Shown here in pieces: positions 8,261-18,570 of a DNA stretch of 64,000 bases; position 1 is the stretch's first letter, and each line of letters opens with the position of its first letter. The notes under the pieces are model-generated. The model did no database searches. It was not told the origin of the DNA and saw nothing but the letters and a program-made list of their open reading frames with translations. Location: NCBI GenBank assembly GCA_017545245.1, contig JAFWPB010000060.1, positions 1,182 through 65,181 of the forward strand, in the 5' to 3' direction. Origin of the DNA: Clostridiales bacterium. Its GTDB lineage: Bacteria; Bacillota; Clostridia; Saccharofermentanales; Saccharofermentanaceae. The position numbers and the translations under genes were made by a program.

Positions 8261-8527
8261 ATGAAGGCATTTAACATGAGCAATGTAGATGTTCACCAGT
8301 TTATGCAGGCACTTGATTCTTGTACCGGCGACGTAATGCTTATTACAGACGAAGGTGACAAGTTCAACTTGAAGAGCAAGCTTAGCCAGATCACAGGCTT
8401 GATGAAGCTGATTGAGGGCGGTAAGCTGGTAAGTGCAAAGATCTACTGCTCCAACGTGGAAGATGAAGCATTGCTTTTCAGACTGAATCTTTTCGGAACA
8501 GTGGAAGACGTCGAGAGCATCGGCTGA
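8261..8527 (+). CDS. Small hypothetical protein (88 aa), possible degenerate HPr-like fold
   Basis: AGGAGG RBS 7 nt upstream of ATG 8261, which is the preferred start over ORF-track 8207. GDKFNLKSKLSQITGLMKLI resembles the [17 protein letters not shown] region around Ser46 of HPr. The GIHARPA active-site loop is absent. Confidence 0.5.
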   Translation: MKAFNMSNVDVHQFMQALDSCTGDVMLITDEGDKFNLKSKLSQITGLMKLIEGGKLVSAKIYCSNVEDEALLFRLNLFGTVEDVESIG

Positions 8528-8582
8528 TTTACTGACGAGCATTTCGAAAAGATGCGGTTCTTCCGCACAAATTGAAAGTAAT

Positions 8583-8607
8583 GAGAGGGCTTCGGCCCTC
8601 TTTTTTC
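8583..8607 (+). terminator. Intrinsic terminator
   Basis: GAGAGGGC / GCCCTCTT with a TTCG tetraloop, followed by a T-run. Confidence 0.85.
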
Positions 8608-8688
8608 TTTATACTTTCTTAGTAAATAGAATGTAGATATGAGATATAATGATGCGTGTGTCAATATCGATTTCAGGGTGGGGTTATT

Positions 8689-9546
8689 GTGATCAAAGAG
8701 CTTAGAGTAAACTTTTACAGGATTTTTAGAACGAAGTCTTTCTATGTGATCTTCGGTGTGATCCTTGCATTTGCCCTGTTATCGTCCTTTTTTATTTTCT
8801 TCCTTGCGGATGATCCAACCGGATTCATGGAAGGTTTTACCTCTGCTTTGGATGAGCAGCTGATTGTCGCGTCTACGGAGAGCGATGACGAGGAAGAACA
8901 AAAAAGTCAAGAGCTTGTACAAGAGTATTTTGATAACATGGCTTCCTCGAACCAGCCAACGGGTGTGCTGTCGATGCTTTGGTCGGAATTTTCTGTGTTT
9001 CTCATGGCAGTATTTGTAGCGCTGTTTGTGGGAGGAGAGTTTAAAAGCAGGTTTCATATCAACCGGTTCTCTTTAAATACCGGACGTTCTATGATATTTT
9101 TCTGCGAATGGCTTGCTTTGGCCATTGTCGGATTTTTGGTGATGGTCATATCTACAATTGTGGGAATTGCGTTGACGATCCTGTTTTGTTCAAATTTCTA
9201 TTGGGGAGACCTGGGTAGTTTTTGTGTCAAGTTTTTTCTATCATATCTGTGCCTCCTGGTTTTTATGACTTTTGCGTTTATGATAGCGGTATTCCGCCGG
9301 GCCAGCGCACTTTCTATTGTTCTTTCCAGCCTTTACATTTTTGAAGTGTTCCATCTTGTTTATGGTATTGTTTCAATTTTGAACAGTTTGATCCTTGAGT
9401 TTTCAGTAAACAATATATTTACCAACGTTTATGGCAGAACGCTGACATCGAATGATGTGTTTGCTTATTCCTTCTTTCTTCTCGGCTATATTTTTGCTTT
9501 TCTCGGTATCACGATTGGTGTTTCAAACTACCGTGATGCGTGTTAA
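8689..9546 (+). CDS. ABC-2-type transporter permease-like polytopic membrane protein (no ATPase partner nearby)
   Basis: N-terminus IKELRVNFYRIFRTKSFYVIFGVILAF is typical of ABC-2 permeases, with about 6 hydrophobic helices. A TATAAT at 8645-8650 makes the ORF-track start 8656 unlikely. GTG 8689 has a GGTGGGG RBS-like element upstream. Confidence 0.5.
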   Translation: MIKELRVNFYRIFRTKSFYVIFGVILAFALLSSFFIFFLADDPTGFMEGFTSALDEQLIVASTESDDEEEQKSQELVQEYFDNMASSNQPTGVLSMLWSEFSVFLMAVFVALFVGGEFKSRFHINRFSLNTGRSMIFFCEWLALAIVGFLVMVISTIVGIALTILFCSNFYWGDLGSFCVKFFLSYLCLLVFMTFAFMIAVFRRASALSIVLSSLYIFEVFHLVYGIVSILNSLILEFSVNNIFTNVYGRTLTSNDVFAYSFFLLGYIFAFLGITIGVSNYRDAC

Positions 9547-9601
9547 GAGAAGAAGAAGTGTGTTATAATATTTTCCACGAAAAAAACTGCTTGGAGCGTT
9601 T

Positions 9602-10462
9602 ATGATAAATTATCTATATAATTCCAGGGATATTGCTGCGTATTTTAAGTGGGCCGGAGTCTCATCGCATCAGGAAAAGGAGTATCTGCATTATATTTTC
9701 CTGATTGGTAAAGACATTCTTGCAAGACCTCTTACGAGAGAATACGATAGCTTCGAAACGGCTGTATACAGGGATCTTTACTATCTGTGGTCAGAAGGCT
9801 TTGAAAATGAGTTTTCCGATATTGCTACGATTGCTCCCAGAGGTTCTGTATCACTGATCTGTGATCAAGAGTTTATCTGCCTGGAATCGTACATGAAGCT
9901 TCTGGCGCTGCATCTCATTTTCTCAAGAAATCTGCCTTATGTGCATGTTAACTTTTATGGCCTGATGCTTCCTTTGGGATTAAAGGGTGAGTTTTCTGAT
10001 TATGAAAAAAATGTCGTTGTGGCTTGCGAGACACTTCATCTTGTAACAAAAGATGTATTCGGAAAACCTTTTGATCTTCACCTGGGTATTCCGGATGAGG
10101 TTCTGTGCCTGTCACTGGAACCGTCTTTCCGTGAGACATTATCCGAACATGAGGACTTTAGAAAGAGTTTTATCCGTCATGCAGCCTCAAGACTTGCTGA
10201 ATTGAAACTTACTTCCAAGCAACTGCATGAGAAAGAAGAGAAAAAGAAGGCAAGAATACTCAAGAGAAAGCTGGCCAGAGAAGAAGCGGCAAGGAATAAA
10301 GCGGAAGCAAAAGTAAAAAAAGCGGACGCTGGAAAGAAATCTTCTAAATTGAAGGATGAAGATTCAGGGAAGAAGTCTTCAAAGACGAAGAAGACGACTG
10401 AATCAGAAAATATGAAAGAACCGGAAAAGAAAACGGTAAATAGAAGGAAAACTGAAGGATAA
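9602..10462 (+). CDS. Hypothetical protein with ~85-aa Lys/Glu-rich C-terminal tail
   Basis: 286 aa. GGAG RBS. No motif I recognise in residues 1-200. The tail [41 protein letters not shown]... is strongly basic. The stop TAA overlaps or abuts the start of the next gene. Confidence 0.55.
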   Translation: MINYLYNSRDIAAYFKWAGVSSHQEKEYLHYIFLIGKDILARPLTREYDSFETAVYRDLYYLWSEGFENEFSDIATIAPRGSVSLICDQEFICLESYMKLLALHLIFSRNLPYVHVNFYGLMLPLGLKGEFSDYEKNVVVACETLHLVTKDVFGKPFDLHLGIPDEVLCLSLEPSFRETLSEHEDFRKSFIRHAASRLAELKLTSKQLHEKEEKKKARILKRKLAREEAARNKAEAKVKKADAGKKSSKLKDEDSGKKSSKTKKTTESENMKEPEKKTVNRRKTEG

Positions 10463-13400
10463 TGGGCATGGAAAAATCATTGAAGATGGGACTGGATATT
10501 GGTTCCACCACCATAAAAATCGTACTTGTGGATGATGAGCAGATCGTTTATCAAGAGTATAGAAGACATCACTCTGATATTGCAGGAGAGCTTCTCAGTG
10601 CTTTTGAAGAAGTGAACAAGAAATTCCCTGGACTTGTGGTACGTGTGCAGATCACAGGTTCGGGCGGATTGTCTGTCGCAAAGTGGCTGGGACTTGATTT
10701 TGTTCAGGAAGTCATTGCTGAGACAGTGGCTATCTCCAAGTATCATCCTGAGACGGATGTTATCATCGAGTTGGGCGGTGAGGATGCAAAGATCACATAT
10801 CTGCATCCGGTACCGGAACAGAGAATGAATGGTACCTGTGCTGGTGGTACAGGTGCGTTTATCGACCAGATGGCAACCCTTCTCCGAACTGATGCCGATG
10901 GCCTGAATGAATTAGCTAAATCTTATACGACACTCTATACGATTGCTTCCCGATGCGGAGTATTTGCCAAGAGTGACCTGCAGCCGTTGATCAATGAGGG
11001 TGCTGCGAAAGAAGACCTTGCTGCATCGATTTTCCAAGCTGTTGTTAATCAGACGATCGCGGGTCTTGCGTGTGGACGTCCGATTCGTGGTCATATCGCA
11101 TTCTTAGGTGGACCTTTGTATTTCAATTCTGAACTTCGAAGAGCTTTTGAGCGAACACTGGAAGAACAGGTCAAGTCCTTCTGGATCCCGGATAATGCGC
11201 AGATCTATGTCGCACTGGGTGCGGCGCTTGGTGCCAAGGGAAATGAAGTCAAGCTTTCTGATCTGATCGCTTCTTTTGCTTCAAGAGAAGGATTTGAGCC
11301 GGATATCAAGCGTATTGCGCCGCTTTTCAAGGATGCGCGTGAAAAAGAGCTTTTCGATGAGCGTCATCAGAAAGCGACTTTGGATCTTTACCAGCTTTCG
11401 AAGCAGAAGGGGCCTTGCTACCTGGGTATCGATGCCGGAAGTACGACTACGAAGGCTGTTCTGATCAATGAAGAAGGACAGATGGTCTATACCTACTATG
11501 CAAGTAACCAGGGAAATCCGGTTAAAAGTGCGGTCAATATCGTAAAACAGCTCTATGAGCAGATGCCGCCGGAAACGTACATTGCCAACAGCTGCGTGAC
11601 TGGATATGGAGAGAATATCATTCGTGCGGCATTGGGTGTGGATCTTGGTGAAATCGAGACGATGGCGCACTTCCAGTCTGCAAAGTATTTCTGCCCGGAT
11701 GTAGACTTTATCATCGATATCGGCGGACAGGATATGAAGTGCATGAAGATCCGAAATGGTGTAATTGACTCCATCATGTTGAATGAAGCATGTTCATCAG
11801 GATGCGGATCTTTTATCCAGACATTTGCGGAAAACCTCAATATGGATGCACATACTTTCTCGATCGAAGCGCTTTCGGCGGAGAATCCGGTGGATCTGGG
11901 AACAAGATGTACCGTATTCATGAACTCGAAAGTGAAGCAGGCGCAGAAGGAAGGCGCGACTGTCGGTGATATTTCCGCCGGCCTTTCCTATTCGGTCGTT
12001 CGTAATGCGCTTTATAAGGTTATCAAGATCCGTGACACGCAGGAACTTGGAAAGAAGATCGTCGTGCAGGGCGGAACGTTCCTGAATGATGCGATCCTGC
12101 GTTGTTTTGAGCTCATTTCCGGACGTGAAGTCATAAGGCCGAATGTTGCAGGTTTGATGGGTGCTTTTGGTGCCGCGATCATTGCGAAGAAGCGTATGCC
12201 GAAAGACCAGAAAGTCTCCGGACTTTTGGGACTGGAAGATCTGAACCGCTTCGATATGACCACAGAGATGACGACATGTCCTCTTTGTACAAACCATTGT
12301 AAACTGACGATTTCCACATTCAGTAACGGCGAGCGCTTTATTTCCGGTAACCGCTGTGAGCGTGGCGAAGGAAAAGAGAAGGCGAAAGAGACGCTTCCTA
12401 ACCTGATCGCTTATAAGTACGCAAGAACATTCCGTTATAAACCGCTTGCGAAAGATAAGGCAACACGTGGCGAGATCGGTATTCCGAGAGCGCTGAATAT
12501 GTATGAAAACTATCCGTTCTGGTTTACTGTGCTTACAGAGCTTGGCTTCTCGGTCATTATTTCACCGAGATCGAATCATGAGCTTTTTGAGAAGGGCATG
12601 GATTCGATTCCGTCAGAGAGCGTCTGCTATCCGGCCAAGCTTGTTCATGGACATATTGAGAGCCTGATCGAAAAGGGAATCAAGACGATCTTCTATCCGG
12701 ATATTCCGTATGAACGTCAAGAGAATAAGGATTCCGGCAACCACTATAACTGCCCGATCGTTGCATCCTATCCGGAAGTTATCCGTAACAACCTGGAAAA
12801 CATCCAGGATAAGGGAATCAAGTATCTGAATCCGTTCCTTCCGCTTGATAATGACGAAGCATTGGCAGAACAGCTTGCAATTGCTTTTGCTGATTACGAT
12901 GTTACGAAAGCGGAAGCTGCTAAGGCCATTGCCGCTGGTAATAAAGAGTACGATGAATACAAGGCGGACATCCGAAGAAAAGGACAGGAGGTCATCGAAG
13001 ACCTTGCAAGAACCGGACAAAAGGGTATCGTTCTTGCTGGACGTCCATATCACAATGACCCGGAGATCCATCATGGTATTCCGGAAATGATCAATTCCCT
13101 GGGATTAGCTGTCTTGAGCGAAGACAGTGTTGCTGTCCCGGGCCGTCTCGAGCGCCCGATCCGCGTCATCGACCAGTGGATGTATCATACACGACTTTAT
13201 GAAGCTGCTGCGTATGTAGCGACAAACGATAATCTGGAATTGGTACAGCTGACTTCGTTTGGATGTGGCTTGGATGCCGTTACTTCCGATCAGGTGCAGG
13301 AGATCCTGGAATCCCAGGGTAAACTGTATACACTCCTTAAAATCGATGAGGTCAGCAATCTTGGCGCGGCCCGTATCCGTATGCGTTCTTTGAAAGTGGC

Positions 13401-14859
13401 TATGGATGAACGTGAGGCGGCAAGAAAAGACGGCACGATGCCGAAGAGAGAAAGAAAGTCCTATACGATCAAGAGAGTTCCTTTTACCGAGGAACATAAG
13501 AAGCGTCATACGATCCTTGCTCCACAGATGGCGCCGATCGAATTTGAATTTGTTGAGGCGGTATTCCATCATCACGGATATAAGCTGAAAGTGCTGAAAG
13601 AAGCGACACAGGCAGATATTGAGTGCGGCCTGCGTTTTGTAAATAACGATGCTTGTTTCCCGACGGTTATTGTTGTCGGACAGATGGTCAATGCGATCCT
13701 TTCCGGTGAAGTGGATAGGGATAACACGACAGTACTGATTACCCAGACCGGTGGTGGCTGCCGTGCGACGAACTATGTTGCTTTCTTGCGAAAAGCACTG
13801 CGTGAGGCAGGATATGGTGATATTCCAGTTATCGCGTTGTCCGTTCAGCAGTTTGAGAAGAATCCTGGTTTCAAACCGACACTTCCGTTTATCAACAGTG
13901 CGCTTCGTGCGATCTGCTATGGTGATATGCTGCAGACTCTGCTTCTGCGTGTCCGTCCGTATGAGAAGGTGAAAGGTTCAGCCAATGCGCTCTACCAGTT
14001 CTGGAACCGTTGCGGAAAACTCTTTTTCAATCCGAAGGAGAAATTCGAAGATATCACGACGGAGTACATCATGGCAGAAGCCTGCAAGAATGCGCCTCTG
14101 ACGGATGATGAGAAGAAAGCAGTAGAAGATCTTCTGAAAGAACTGCACTGCAGTAAGGTCGGGCGTCCGTCCTCTTACAGAAAAATGATCGATGCTACGA
14201 TCGATACATTTGATAAATTCCCGATGCTGGATATCCCGAGAAAACCACGTGTCGGTCTTGTCGGAGAGATCCTGGTAAAATTCCAGCCTGACGCGAATAA
14301 CCACGCCGTGGATGTTGTCGAGCAGGAAGGCTGTGAAGCAGTTGTTCCTGGCCTTCTTGACTTCTTCCTGTACTGTGCGATGGGTCCGGTCTGGGCTGCG
14401 GAGCATCTCGGCAGAAGCAAGAAATCCGCATGGCTTTCCAACCGCGGTATTGATCTTCTCCAGTCCTATCGCCGCCATATCGTAAAGAGAATGGCGCAGA
14501 CCGGAAAATTCCAGTTGCCGGAAAGCATCCGTCATATGGCAAAGAAGGCAGAGAATGTACTTTCCTGCGGTAACGATAACGGAGAAGGATGGTTCCTGAC
14601 AGCGGAAATGATCGAGCTGATCGAGAGCGGCGTTCCGAATATCATCTGCGCCCAGCCTTTTGCATGTCTTCCAAACCATGTAACCGGTAAAGGCATGATC
14701 AAGGAACTACGTCGTCAGTATCCGCTGTCCAATATCATCCCGATCGACTATGACCCGGGTGCCAGTGAAGCGAATCAGTTGAACCGTATCAAGCTTATGG
14801 TCAGCACGGCACATTACCGTGAAGAGATGAAGCAAAAAGAACAGGAGAGCAAGAAATAA
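10462..14859 (+). CDS. BCR/HAD-family fusion protein: two BcrAD/BadFG (HgdC-like) activator ATPase modules plus DUF2229/2-hydroxyacyl-CoA-dehydratase-like domains (possible PlsAR-type enzyme)
   Basis: 1465 aa; ATG 10468 is an alternative start with better RBS spacing. [11 protein letters not shown] and [11 protein letters not shown] are ASKHA phosphate-1 motifs. Paired Cys contexts [22 protein letters not shown] and [22 protein letters not shown]. Cys-rich [11 protein letters not shown]...[12 protein letters not shown]2229-like [25 protein letters not shown] and [13 protein letters not shown]. Confidence 0.85.
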   Translation: MGMEKSLKMGLDIGSTTIKIVLVDDEQIVYQEYRRHHSDIAGELLSAFEEVNKKFPGLVVRVQITGSGGLSVAKWLGLDFVQEVIAETVAISKYHPETDVIIELGGEDAKITYLHPVPEQRMNGTCAGGTGAFIDQMATLLRTDADGLNELAKSYTTLYTIASRCGVFAKSDLQPLINEGAAKEDLAASIFQAVVNQTIAGLACGRPIRGHIAFLGGPLYFNSELRRAFERTLEEQVKSFWIPDNAQIYVALGAALGAKGNEVKLSDLIASFASREGFEPDIKRIAPLFKDAREKELFDERHQKATLDLYQLSKQKGPCYLGIDAGSTTTKAVLINEEGQMVYTYYASNQGNPVKSAVNIVKQLYEQMPPETYIANSCVTGYGENIIRAALGVDLGEIETMAHFQSAKYFCPDVDFIIDIGGQDMKCMKIRNGVIDSIMLNEACSSGCGSFIQTFAENLNMDAHTFSIEALSAENPVDLGTRCTVFMNSKVKQAQKEGATVGDISAGLSYSVVRNALYKVIKIRDTQELGKKIVVQGGTFLNDAILRCFELISGREVIRPNVAGLMGAFGAAIIAKKRMPKDQKVSGLLGLEDLNRFDMTTEMTTCPLCTNHCKLTISTFSNGERFISGNRCERGEGKEKAKETLPNLIAYKYARTFRYKPLAKDKATRGEIGIPRALNMYENYPFWFTVLTELGFSVIISPRSNHELFEKGMDSIPSESVCYPAKLVHGHIESLIEKGIKTIFYPDIPYERQENKDSGNHYNCPIVASYPEVIRNNLENIQDKGIKYLNPFLPLDNDEALAEQLAIAFADYDVTKAEAAKAIAAGNKEYDEYKADIRRKGQEVIEDLARTGQKGIVLAGRPYHNDPEIHHGIPEMINSLGLAVLSEDSVAVPGRLERPIRVIDQWMYHTRLYEAAAYVATNDNLELVQLTSFGCGLDAVTSDQVQEILESQGKLYTLLKIDEVSNLGAARIRMRSLKVAMDEREAARKDGTMPKRERKSYTIKRVPFTEEHKKRHTILAPQMAPIEFEFVEAVFHHHGYKLKVLKEATQADIECGLRFVNNDACFPTVIVVGQMVNAILSGEVDRDNTTVLITQTGGGCRATNYVAFLRKALREAGYGDIPVIALSVQQFEKNPGFKPTLPFINSALRAICYGDMLQTLLLRVRPYEKVKGSANALYQFWNRCGKLFFNPKEKFEDITTEYIMAEACKNAPLTDDEKKAVEDLLKELHCSKVGRPSSYRKMIDATIDTFDKFPMLDIPRKPRVGLVGEILVKFQPDANNHAVDVVEQEGCEAVVPGLLDFFLYCAMGPVWAAEHLGRSKKSAWLSNRGIDLLQSYRRHIVKRMAQTGKFQLPESIRHMAKKAENVLSCGNDNGEGWFLTAEMIELIESGVPNIICAQPFACLPNHVTGKGMIKELRRQYPLSNIIPIDYDPGASEANQLNRIKLMVSTAHYREEMKQKEQESKK

Positions 14860-14874
14860 CGAGGAGAGTCGGAT

Positions 14875-17640
14875 ATGTCTTTAGGTAAGCGTTTACTTCT
14901 GGTAGATGGAAACAGTATCATCAATCGTTCCTACTACGCGACAGCAGGGCGGAACAACCTGACAGCGCCGGATGGAACCCCTACCGGAGCGGTGAATATC
15001 TACCTCAACACGCTTGCCAAATACATGGGTGAAGTTGAACCGACCCATACCTGTACGCTCTTTGATCTGAAAGCACCGACTTTCCGTCATAAGGCTTATT
15101 CGGAATACAAGGGGACCAGAAAAGGCATGCCAGATGATCTGGCGGCCCAGATGCCGGTGTTGAAAGAAGTATTGGATGCGATGGGCTTTCCACGTTACGA
15201 GCAGGCTGGACTGGAAGCCGATGATCTGATCGGTACACTGAAGACGATGGCGGTAAAAGACGGTTTTGAAGTCTATATCTTAAGTGGCGACAAAGACGAT
15301 TTCCAGTTGATCGATGAACATACCAAGATCATCATGCCGGTAACCAAGAAAGACGGAAGCGGCACAGATTACTACGATGAAGCGCTTTTCACAGAGAGAT
15401 ACGGTATCGCATCTTCTGATTTTGTTACGGCAAAAGCACTGATGGGCGACAGCAGCGATAATATACCGGGTGTAAAGGGCATTGGTGAAAAAGGTGCCAT
15501 GGACCTGGTCCGCAAATATGGAACGCTGGATAATCTCTACGAGCACGTGGATGAATTAAGCGCTAAGCTCAAAGAGAAGCTTGTCAACGATAAAGAGAAT
15601 GCGTATATGTCCTTGATGCTTTCCAAGATCGTGACAGATGCAGAGCTCAATATTACGCTGGTTAAACTTGCTTTGCAGCCGATGGATATGGCGTCAGTAG
15701 CGACATGCTTCTACAAATACGGCTTCCGAAGCCAGATGAAAAAGTGGAATATAGATGAGAGTCAGGCAAATACTTCTGTTCCAGATGACGAAGAAGAAGG
15801 CGCGGAGGAGTATCCGAAGCTTTCCGGAAAAAAGCCGCAGATCATTCTGGATATGGAAGTGGAGACGGCATGGAAAGACATTTTTTCCAAGATCCAGGCC
15901 AACGATCCTGTAGCAATCGATCTAATCGATGCCGGAATTCCGGTTTTAGGTCTTTCTGTCATGGCTGACCAGGTCTATTTCTGGACAGATGAATCAGCGC
16001 AGAAAAAAGTGATCGAAGAACTTAGTAAATCCGATATTGGTAAGACAAGTGAATCAGCACCGGTAACATACCGCACAAAGAGTCATTTCAAGAGCTTTTC
16101 GGAAGGACTCCCATTTCAGAACGTATTCGATGTCGAGATTGCAGGCTATGTATTAAATGCGATCGAGGGCGCGGATCCTTCTTTTGAAATGCTTGTCGAG
16201 CATAGCAGCAAAAGACCGTTTCCTGTTCTTGAGGACTATGGAAAAGAAGCGGAGAAGAATGCGGAGAACCGCCAGCAAGACCTCTTTGCTTTGCTGGATG
16301 GTCCGAAAGAGGAGAAGAAAGATATCACAGCCGAATCTCTTCTGGATGCGGCATATGAGCTTCTTCTGGTCCGCTGGATCTCTTTCTATCAGAAAGCTGA
16401 CATCGAAAAGCAAGGCATTGAAAAACTGATCTATGAGATCGAGATGCCGCTAGTCATGGAGCTGGATAAGATGGAGCGGAGAGGCGTTCTAGTCGATTCC
16501 GTCCAGATCGATACACTTCATGCTGCTTTCGATGAAAAACTCGCAGAACTTGAAAAAGAGATTTACGAGCTTGCCGGGGAAGAGTTCACGATATTGTCGA
16601 CGAAACAACTGGGACAAGTGCTTTTTGAAAAGTTGAAACTGCCATCTGGGAAAAAACTGAAAAGCGGCGGCTACTCGACAAATTCCGAGGAACTCGAGCG
16701 TATCCAGGATAAGCATCCTATCGTTTCAAAAGTACTGGAATACAGACAGATCCAGAAACTGGACTCCACCTTTGTCATGGGGTTAAAGAAGAGTATTTCT
16801 GAAAAGGACGGACGCGTGCATACGACTTACAGTCAGGCGATGACCAATACAGGTCGTCTATCCTCTTCGGATCCGAATCTTCAGAATATACCGATCAGAA
16901 CGGATCTTGGCGGTCTGATCCGCAAGGCTTTTGTGGCAAAAGACGGCTATGTGCTGATCGATGCGGACTACTCGCAGATCGAACTGAGGCTTCTTGCCGC
17001 GATCTCCCACGATGAGGAGATGATCGCCGCTTTCCTGGAGGGACGCGATATCCATACGAAGACCGCCTGTGGTATTTTCGGGGTTCCGCCGGAGATGATC
17101 GATGCAGGCATGCGTGCGGCAGCAAAACGCGTCAACTTCAGTATCGTCTACGGTATCAGTGATTATGGCCTTTCCCAGGATCTCGGCATCAGCGTCTACG
17201 AAGCGCACCGCTATATTGAAGAATACTATCGTCAGTTTCCGACGATCAAACCTTGCCTGGAAGGATTTAAAGCAGAAGGTCATGAAAAAGGCTATGTGTC
17301 GACGCTTTTCGGACGCCGCCGCATCCTGAAAGAACTGACTTCAGCCAATCACAATATCCGGAGTTTCGGTGAACGTGCTGCCATGAATACGCCGATCCAA
17401 GGTACAGCGGCTGACATTATCAAGCTGGCGATGAATCGTGCGGCGCAGGCCCTCTCTGAAGCGGGATTGGATGCCCAACTGATCCTTCAGGTACACGACG
17501 AACTGATCGTTGAAGCAAAAGAAGAGATCGCCGAACAAGCGGCCAAGATATTGCAGGAAGCAATGGAAAATGTGGTGCAGCTTGATGTTCCGCTTCTTGC
17601 TGAAGCACGGATCGGGCATAGCTGGGCAGAAGCACACTGA
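14875..17640 (+). CDS. polA: DNA polymerase I
   Basis: 921 aa. 5'-3' exonuclease N-terminus (LLLVDGNSIINRSYYA, GDSSDNIPGVKGIGEKGA). Family A polymerase motifs DYSQIELRLLA, AAKRVNFSIVYG, QVHDELIVE. Confidence 0.95.
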   Translation: MSLGKRLLLVDGNSIINRSYYATAGRNNLTAPDGTPTGAVNIYLNTLAKYMGEVEPTHTCTLFDLKAPTFRHKAYSEYKGTRKGMPDDLAAQMPVLKEVLDAMGFPRYEQAGLEADDLIGTLKTMAVKDGFEVYILSGDKDDFQLIDEHTKIIMPVTKKDGSGTDYYDEALFTERYGIASSDFVTAKALMGDSSDNIPGVKGIGEKGAMDLVRKYGTLDNLYEHVDELSAKLKEKLVNDKENAYMSLMLSKIVTDAELNITLVKLALQPMDMASVATCFYKYGFRSQMKKWNIDESQANTSVPDDEEEGAEEYPKLSGKKPQIILDMEVETAWKDIFSKIQANDPVAIDLIDAGIPVLGLSVMADQVYFWTDESAQKKVIEELSKSDIGKTSESAPVTYRTKSHFKSFSEGLPFQNVFDVEIAGYVLNAIEGADPSFEMLVEHSSKRPFPVLEDYGKEAEKNAENRQQDLFALLDGPKEEKKDITAESLLDAAYELLLVRWISFYQKADIEKQGIEKLIYEIEMPLVMELDKMERRGVLVDSVQIDTLHAAFDEKLAELEKEIYELAGEEFTILSTKQLGQVLFEKLKLPSGKKLKSGGYSTNSEELERIQDKHPIVSKVLEYRQIQKLDSTFVMGLKKSISEKDGRVHTTYSQAMTNTGRLSSSDPNLQNIPIRTDLGGLIRKAFVAKDGYVLIDADYSQIELRLLAAISHDEEMIAAFLEGRDIHTKTACGIFGVPPEMIDAGMRAAAKRVNFSIVYGISDYGLSQDLGISVYEAHRYIEEYYRQFPTIKPCLEGFKAEGHEKGYVSTLFGRRRILKELTSANHNIRSFGERAAMNTPIQGTAADIIKLAMNRAAQALSEAGLDAQLILQVHDELIVEAKEEIAEQAAKILQEAMENVVQLDVPLLAEARIGHSWAEAH

Positions 17641-17661
17641 TAGAAAAAGGAGCAGAACGAG

Positions 17662-18270
17662 ATGTTTGTTTTAGGTATAACTGGTGGTATCGGATGTGGC
17701 AAAAGCACTGTTTCGGGATATTTCCGTGATCATGGTGTGCGTGTGCTCGATGCGGATGAAATCTCCAGACAAGTCACCAATACAGGAGGCATCGCCCTTC
17801 CGGAAATCGCAGAACTCCTTGGTTCCCGTGCAATCAATTCGCAAGGCGCGCTAAACCGCAAATACGTTGCATCTCTTGTTTTTTCTGAGAAGAAGAAACT
17901 TGATAAACTTTCGGCAATTATCCATAAGTATGTACTTTCCACCATTGCGGAGGAAATCGTAAAAGAGGCGGAGAAGAAGACAAAGCTTCTGGTCCTCGAT
18001 GTACCGATCCCGGTCAAGCATGGCTTTGTGGATGTGTGCAACCAGATATGGGTCGTCAGCACAAGAGACGATATCCGTCTTGAAAGACTGGTGCTCCGCG
18101 GAATGAATAGAGAAGATGCCCAGAAACGAATGGCCATGCAGATGACACGGGAAGAATATGAAGAACTCGGTGATGTTGTTCTGGTCAACGACGGCACGAT
18201 CGAAGAACTGATTTCCCAAGTCGAAGATGCTGTAAAAAAAGAACTTAACGAAAGAGGTATCCGCATATGA
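17662..18270 (+). CDS. coaE: Dephospho-CoA kinase
   Basis: 202 aa. P-loop GITGGIGCGKST. Conserved polA-coaE adjacency. Confidence 0.9.
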   Translation: MFVLGITGGIGCGKSTVSGYFRDHGVRVLDADEISRQVTNTGGIALPEIAELLGSRAINSQGALNRKYVASLVFSEKKKLDKLSAIIHKYVLSTIAEEIVKEAEKKTKLLVLDVPIPVKHGFVDVCNQIWVVSTRDDIRLERLVLRGMNREDAQKRMAMQMTREEYEELGDVVLVNDGTIEELISQVEDAVKKELNERGIRI

Positions 18271-18557
18271 ATGCCAAAGTGATCATCTCTCTTTGTTTTC
18301 TCGTTGTTTCAGTCGTGGTGACGATCCTGTGCTTTACGGTGCTCCGTAAGAAAAACTACGGAAAATTCATCGGCGCTTCGTCTGTGACATATGCATCCGG
18401 CTGCCTTTTGGTCTTTTTACTGGCGCTTTTTAAGAAGAATGCACCGCTCGTATTTGTGATCCTTTCGGATTCCCTGATCAGCGGTGTTTATTTGTTTACG
18501 GTTATTATGTTGATCCTGGTATGTACTAAAATCGTGGAGGGCGAAAAGCCTTCCTGA
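18267..18557 (+). CDS. Small integral membrane protein (3 predicted TM helices)
   Basis: 96 aa. The ATGA start/stop overlaps coaE. Hydrophobic segments VIISLCFLVVSVVVTILCF, GCLLVFLLALF, ISGVYLFTVIMLILV. Confidence 0.5.
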   Translation: MNAKVIISLCFLVVSVVVTILCFTVLRKKNYGKFIGASSVTYASGCLLVFLLALFKKNAPLVFVILSDSLISGVYLFTVIMLILVCTKIVEGEKPS

Positions 18558-18570
18558 AAGCGAGGATGAT

